Shown here in pieces: positions 60,916 through 64,000 of a stretch of 64,000 nucleotides of DNA; within the stretch, counting starts at the first letter, position 1; each line of letters opens with the position of its first letter. Both the position numbers and the translations under genes were made by a program. The notes under the pieces were generated by a model that was not told the DNA's origin, ran no database searches, and saw only the letters and a list, made by a program, of their open reading frames with translations. Origin of the DNA: the human T2T-CHM13v2.0 reference genome, Homo sapiens. The DNA lies in assembly GCF_009914755.1 (NCBI RefSeq), contig NC_060934.1. The stretch is one strand, 5' to 3'.

Positions 60916-62713
60916 AGAGTTGCAATAGAGGTAAATTATATTTCCAAATTTTTTTATTTATTCCTGACAAATTAATCATATTCCTGTATTTTTTTCTCTA
61001 TATTTCAAAGGTAATTAGATGTCAACACTTTTTACTTTCCTTTTTCTGAAGGTTTTATAAGGAAACTATGTGCAGGATATCAATTTTTTGGAGAATGACT
61101 CCCACATTGGCTATTCTAGCTTATTCCCACAGGAATTCCTAAAACCAAGCAAATAATTTCAAATTTGTTGAGATCGCATAATTTAGTTTAGAATAAAGAG
61201 ATCTTGTCACCTTTCCTCTAAAGGAAGTGTCTGCTACAGGCATTCCCTATGGGTATGTATAATTGGAAAATTAAAAAGCATATTTAAAGGCAACATTGTG
61301 CTATAAAAAATGTTGGCAATGTTCCAAGGGGGACTGTGTATGCTATTAGATATTTTTGAGAATTTACTCTGCCTGTGCTAAGAATTTTCAATAATTCCCT
61401 TCTTGGGTAAAATTAGGGCATCAGCAGAGAAGTAAACTCTCTAATATAAGCAGCAAGTTTCCATTTTTCACCATAATGTGTTCCTAAAAACTATGTTGGG
61501 AAGTAAAATGATTAAAAATAGAACTTTTTTGCTTTCATACAATTTTCGTTAAGTTTAAAACTGAAGTTATTTGTTCACATAAGCAAGTAATATTTATATA
61601 CTGGTTAGGTGAGATATTGATCGTGGCTTTCTTCTGGAGCCAAGAGAGAATAAAACAACTGGACAATGTAAGATGGCTATGTCTCTCAGAAAGTAATACA
61701 GTCGAAAGCCTAGTTCAAAGTAAGAAACACATAGTAGATATAACACCACTGTTCATTCCAGAGCCTGTGGAAGGTGGGGCTATTTGCTCATGTCATTCTT
61801 TCCTGATTTATCTATATTAAACCTTAGAATCTTTCTTAATACCAAACTTGAAATGTCACTAGCATTCATTTGAAATTGTTACTAGCATTGACAGGTTTAA
61901 TACCGTAGACTTAAGGTGACTGGCTTACATGCCTACAACCAGGGAAACATTTTCACCTGGTGGCAACATCTTGATTTGCAGTCATAGACCCAGGAGAAAG
62001 AATCCAACATTTTAAGTCTAATTCAGCAAAACCAGGTCTACAAATAGTGGCAAACATAACTTAAGAAATTATCTTTAAAATGATGGCTTTTACTACACTT
62101 CGTGAATTTCTAGAAGTCCCCTGCCCATGCTATCATGGGATATTTTAATAATAATCAAATTGTTATGTAGATATGCCAAATAATTCTGTTCAGGCAGACC
62201 CATTTAATTCAGCAGGAATTTGCCGATATCCTGTTCTATGCATAGTTCATTAGTGGATTATTTTAGGAGTTTGAAAAAAAACACCTGTGCTTTAAAAATT
62301 TATACTATTTTAATGTCACAAATATATATGCAGAGTTCTGCTTCCACTAATGATAGAGTAGCTTATATTGGATTCAGTTTACCGAAGACTAGAATTATAA
62401 ATCAGGACAAAATATTAAAACAAAAAAACCAACTATTTAAAGATACAAGACAGTGGTCAAATGCAAGCAAAAAATGAAATTTCCTTTTGAAATAAGGAGA
62501 CTACAGTAGGTGAAATTTGTGTGTATGTGACTTTGTGCATATGGACACTCACAAACCAATGGGATATCTAGAACTCAATTTTAAAGCTAAAGTCTCACTA
62601 CCTTTAAGAGTCAGGGGATAAATTTCAGGGCTGAAAGTTTTTCTGAAAAGTGAGGGATGAGACCATAAGGGAGGAAGCCACATCCAGTAATTCATTTATA
62701 TATATAAAACATA

Positions 62714-62744
62714 CACACACACAAACACACACACACACACACAC
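62714..62744. repeat. (CA)n microsatellite, interrupted
   Basis: Seen directly. Confidence 0.9.
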
Positions 62745-63519
62745 ATCACACTACGATCACCACTGCCACATCACCAAAATTTCTTGGCTAGTCCCTGAAC
62801 AGCACATGTGTGGAAAATTCCAAGGAGACTGGCAGAAAGCAGTAGGTGCAAGGCCAGAGAAACTAAGCATATCCTAGCCTCCACAGGATGTGGAGTTTGG
62901 AGTTTGAGGTTAACCAAATAGCCCAATGGATCCAAAATTAATACTCCTCAGAAGATGATAAAACTCAGAGTCTCTACAATGTATCACTCTAAATATCCAT
63001 TATACAATCAAAGATTACTATCTATGTGAACAAATAGGAAAATTTTACTCATAGTCAAGAGCAATATCAAGCAAGAGAAAACAACCCTTAAATGATTCAG
63101 ATGTTGGAGTTAGCAGACAATAACTTAAAAGCACTTATTATAAATATATTCCAACATGTAAAAGAAATTATTGTGATAAAAAATGAAGAGACATGGAAAA
63201 TCAACAAAAAATTTAAAACCTAGCAAATAACCAAATCAAAAGTTTAGGACTAAAAAATACAATATCTGAAATAAAAATTTAACTGGATGAGCTAAACAAA
63301 ATTGGTGATAAAAATATTTGGATAAATCATGGCCAAGGATTCCCCACATACAGAAAAAAAATGTAAACCTTTAGATCCTTGAAGTTCAGTGGAACAAAAT
63401 GGAAATAAATTAAAAGAAAACCACATTTATGTACATCCAAGTCAAACTGGTGAAAACAAAGGATAAAAAGGAAATTTCAGGGAAGCCAGAGAACGCATTA
63501 CATAGAGGCAAAATACATA

Positions 63520-63873
63520 CAGACAGTCTATGACTTACAATGGTTAGACTTATAATTTTCCAACTTTACAATGGTATGTGAAAGCAATACACATTCAATA
63601 AAAACTTTACTTTGAATATCCATGCAACCATCCTGTTTTTCACTTTTAATACAGTATTCAATAAATTGCATGAAATAGTCAACATTTTATTATAAAACAG
63701 GCTGTGTGTTAGATGATTTTGCCCAACTATAGACTAATATAACTGTTCTGAGCACATTTAAGGTAGGCTAGGCTAATCTATAATGTTAGGTAGGGAGGTA
63801 TATTAAATGCATTTCTGATGTGATATTTTATTGGGTTTATTGGGATGTAACTCCATTGAAATTTGACCATATA
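63520..63873 (-). mobile_element. MER47A-like (Tigger5-derived) DNA transposon
   Basis: gttagatgattttgcccaactatagactaat...gttctgagcacatttaaggtaggctaggct; TA dinucleotides flank both ends. Confidence 0.85.
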
Positions 63874-64000
63874 TATATGAACACTGGCTAATGTCCCATA
63901 AGAAATAATGGAATCCAAAAAGCAGTGGAAAGAAAAAATACTATCAGCATAGAAATTATTATTTTAAAATAAAGGAAAAATAAAGACAACAAAAAGTGAG

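Larger units (their letters stand above)
62333..64000 (+). mobile_element. Old L1ME-like 5' end and ORF1 (runs off the window)
   Basis: ttctgcttccactaatgatagagtagc 5' end; cagatgttggagttagcagacaa and aaaaatacaatatctgaaataaaaa ORF1 motifs. Confidence 0.7.

Overview
This is primate (catarrhine, probably human) nuclear DNA. It is AT-rich and CpG-poor, has no CpG island, and by eye about two-thirds is interspersed repeat: L1 of many ages, 7 Alus (J, S and Y types), MaLR/ERV solo LTRs, L2, L3/CR1, MIR and a few DNA transposons. I find no intact protein-coding gene, RNA gene or CRISPR array. Nearly all ORFs in the supplied track are fragments of L1, Alu or LTR sequence, or chance ORFs. Points worth follow-up: (1) a ~1.35 kb non-repeat, purine- and CpG-enriched segment (56873-58230) that reads as a decayed coding sequence, probably a retrocopy of a parent gene I cannot name; (2) an L1PB that keeps both ends but has its 5'UTR fused directly to the last 1.4 kb (spliced-L1 or internal-deletion candidate); (3) several nested transposon stacks with readable target-site duplications (TSDs); (4) a templated palindromic insertion at 36831-36916; (5) candidate cryptic exons and enhancers in unique DNA. 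I see no evidence for a new multi-gene system. Subfamily names come from my recollection of consensus sequences and need RepeatMasker/Dfam confirmation. Boundaries of the old repeats are approximate.
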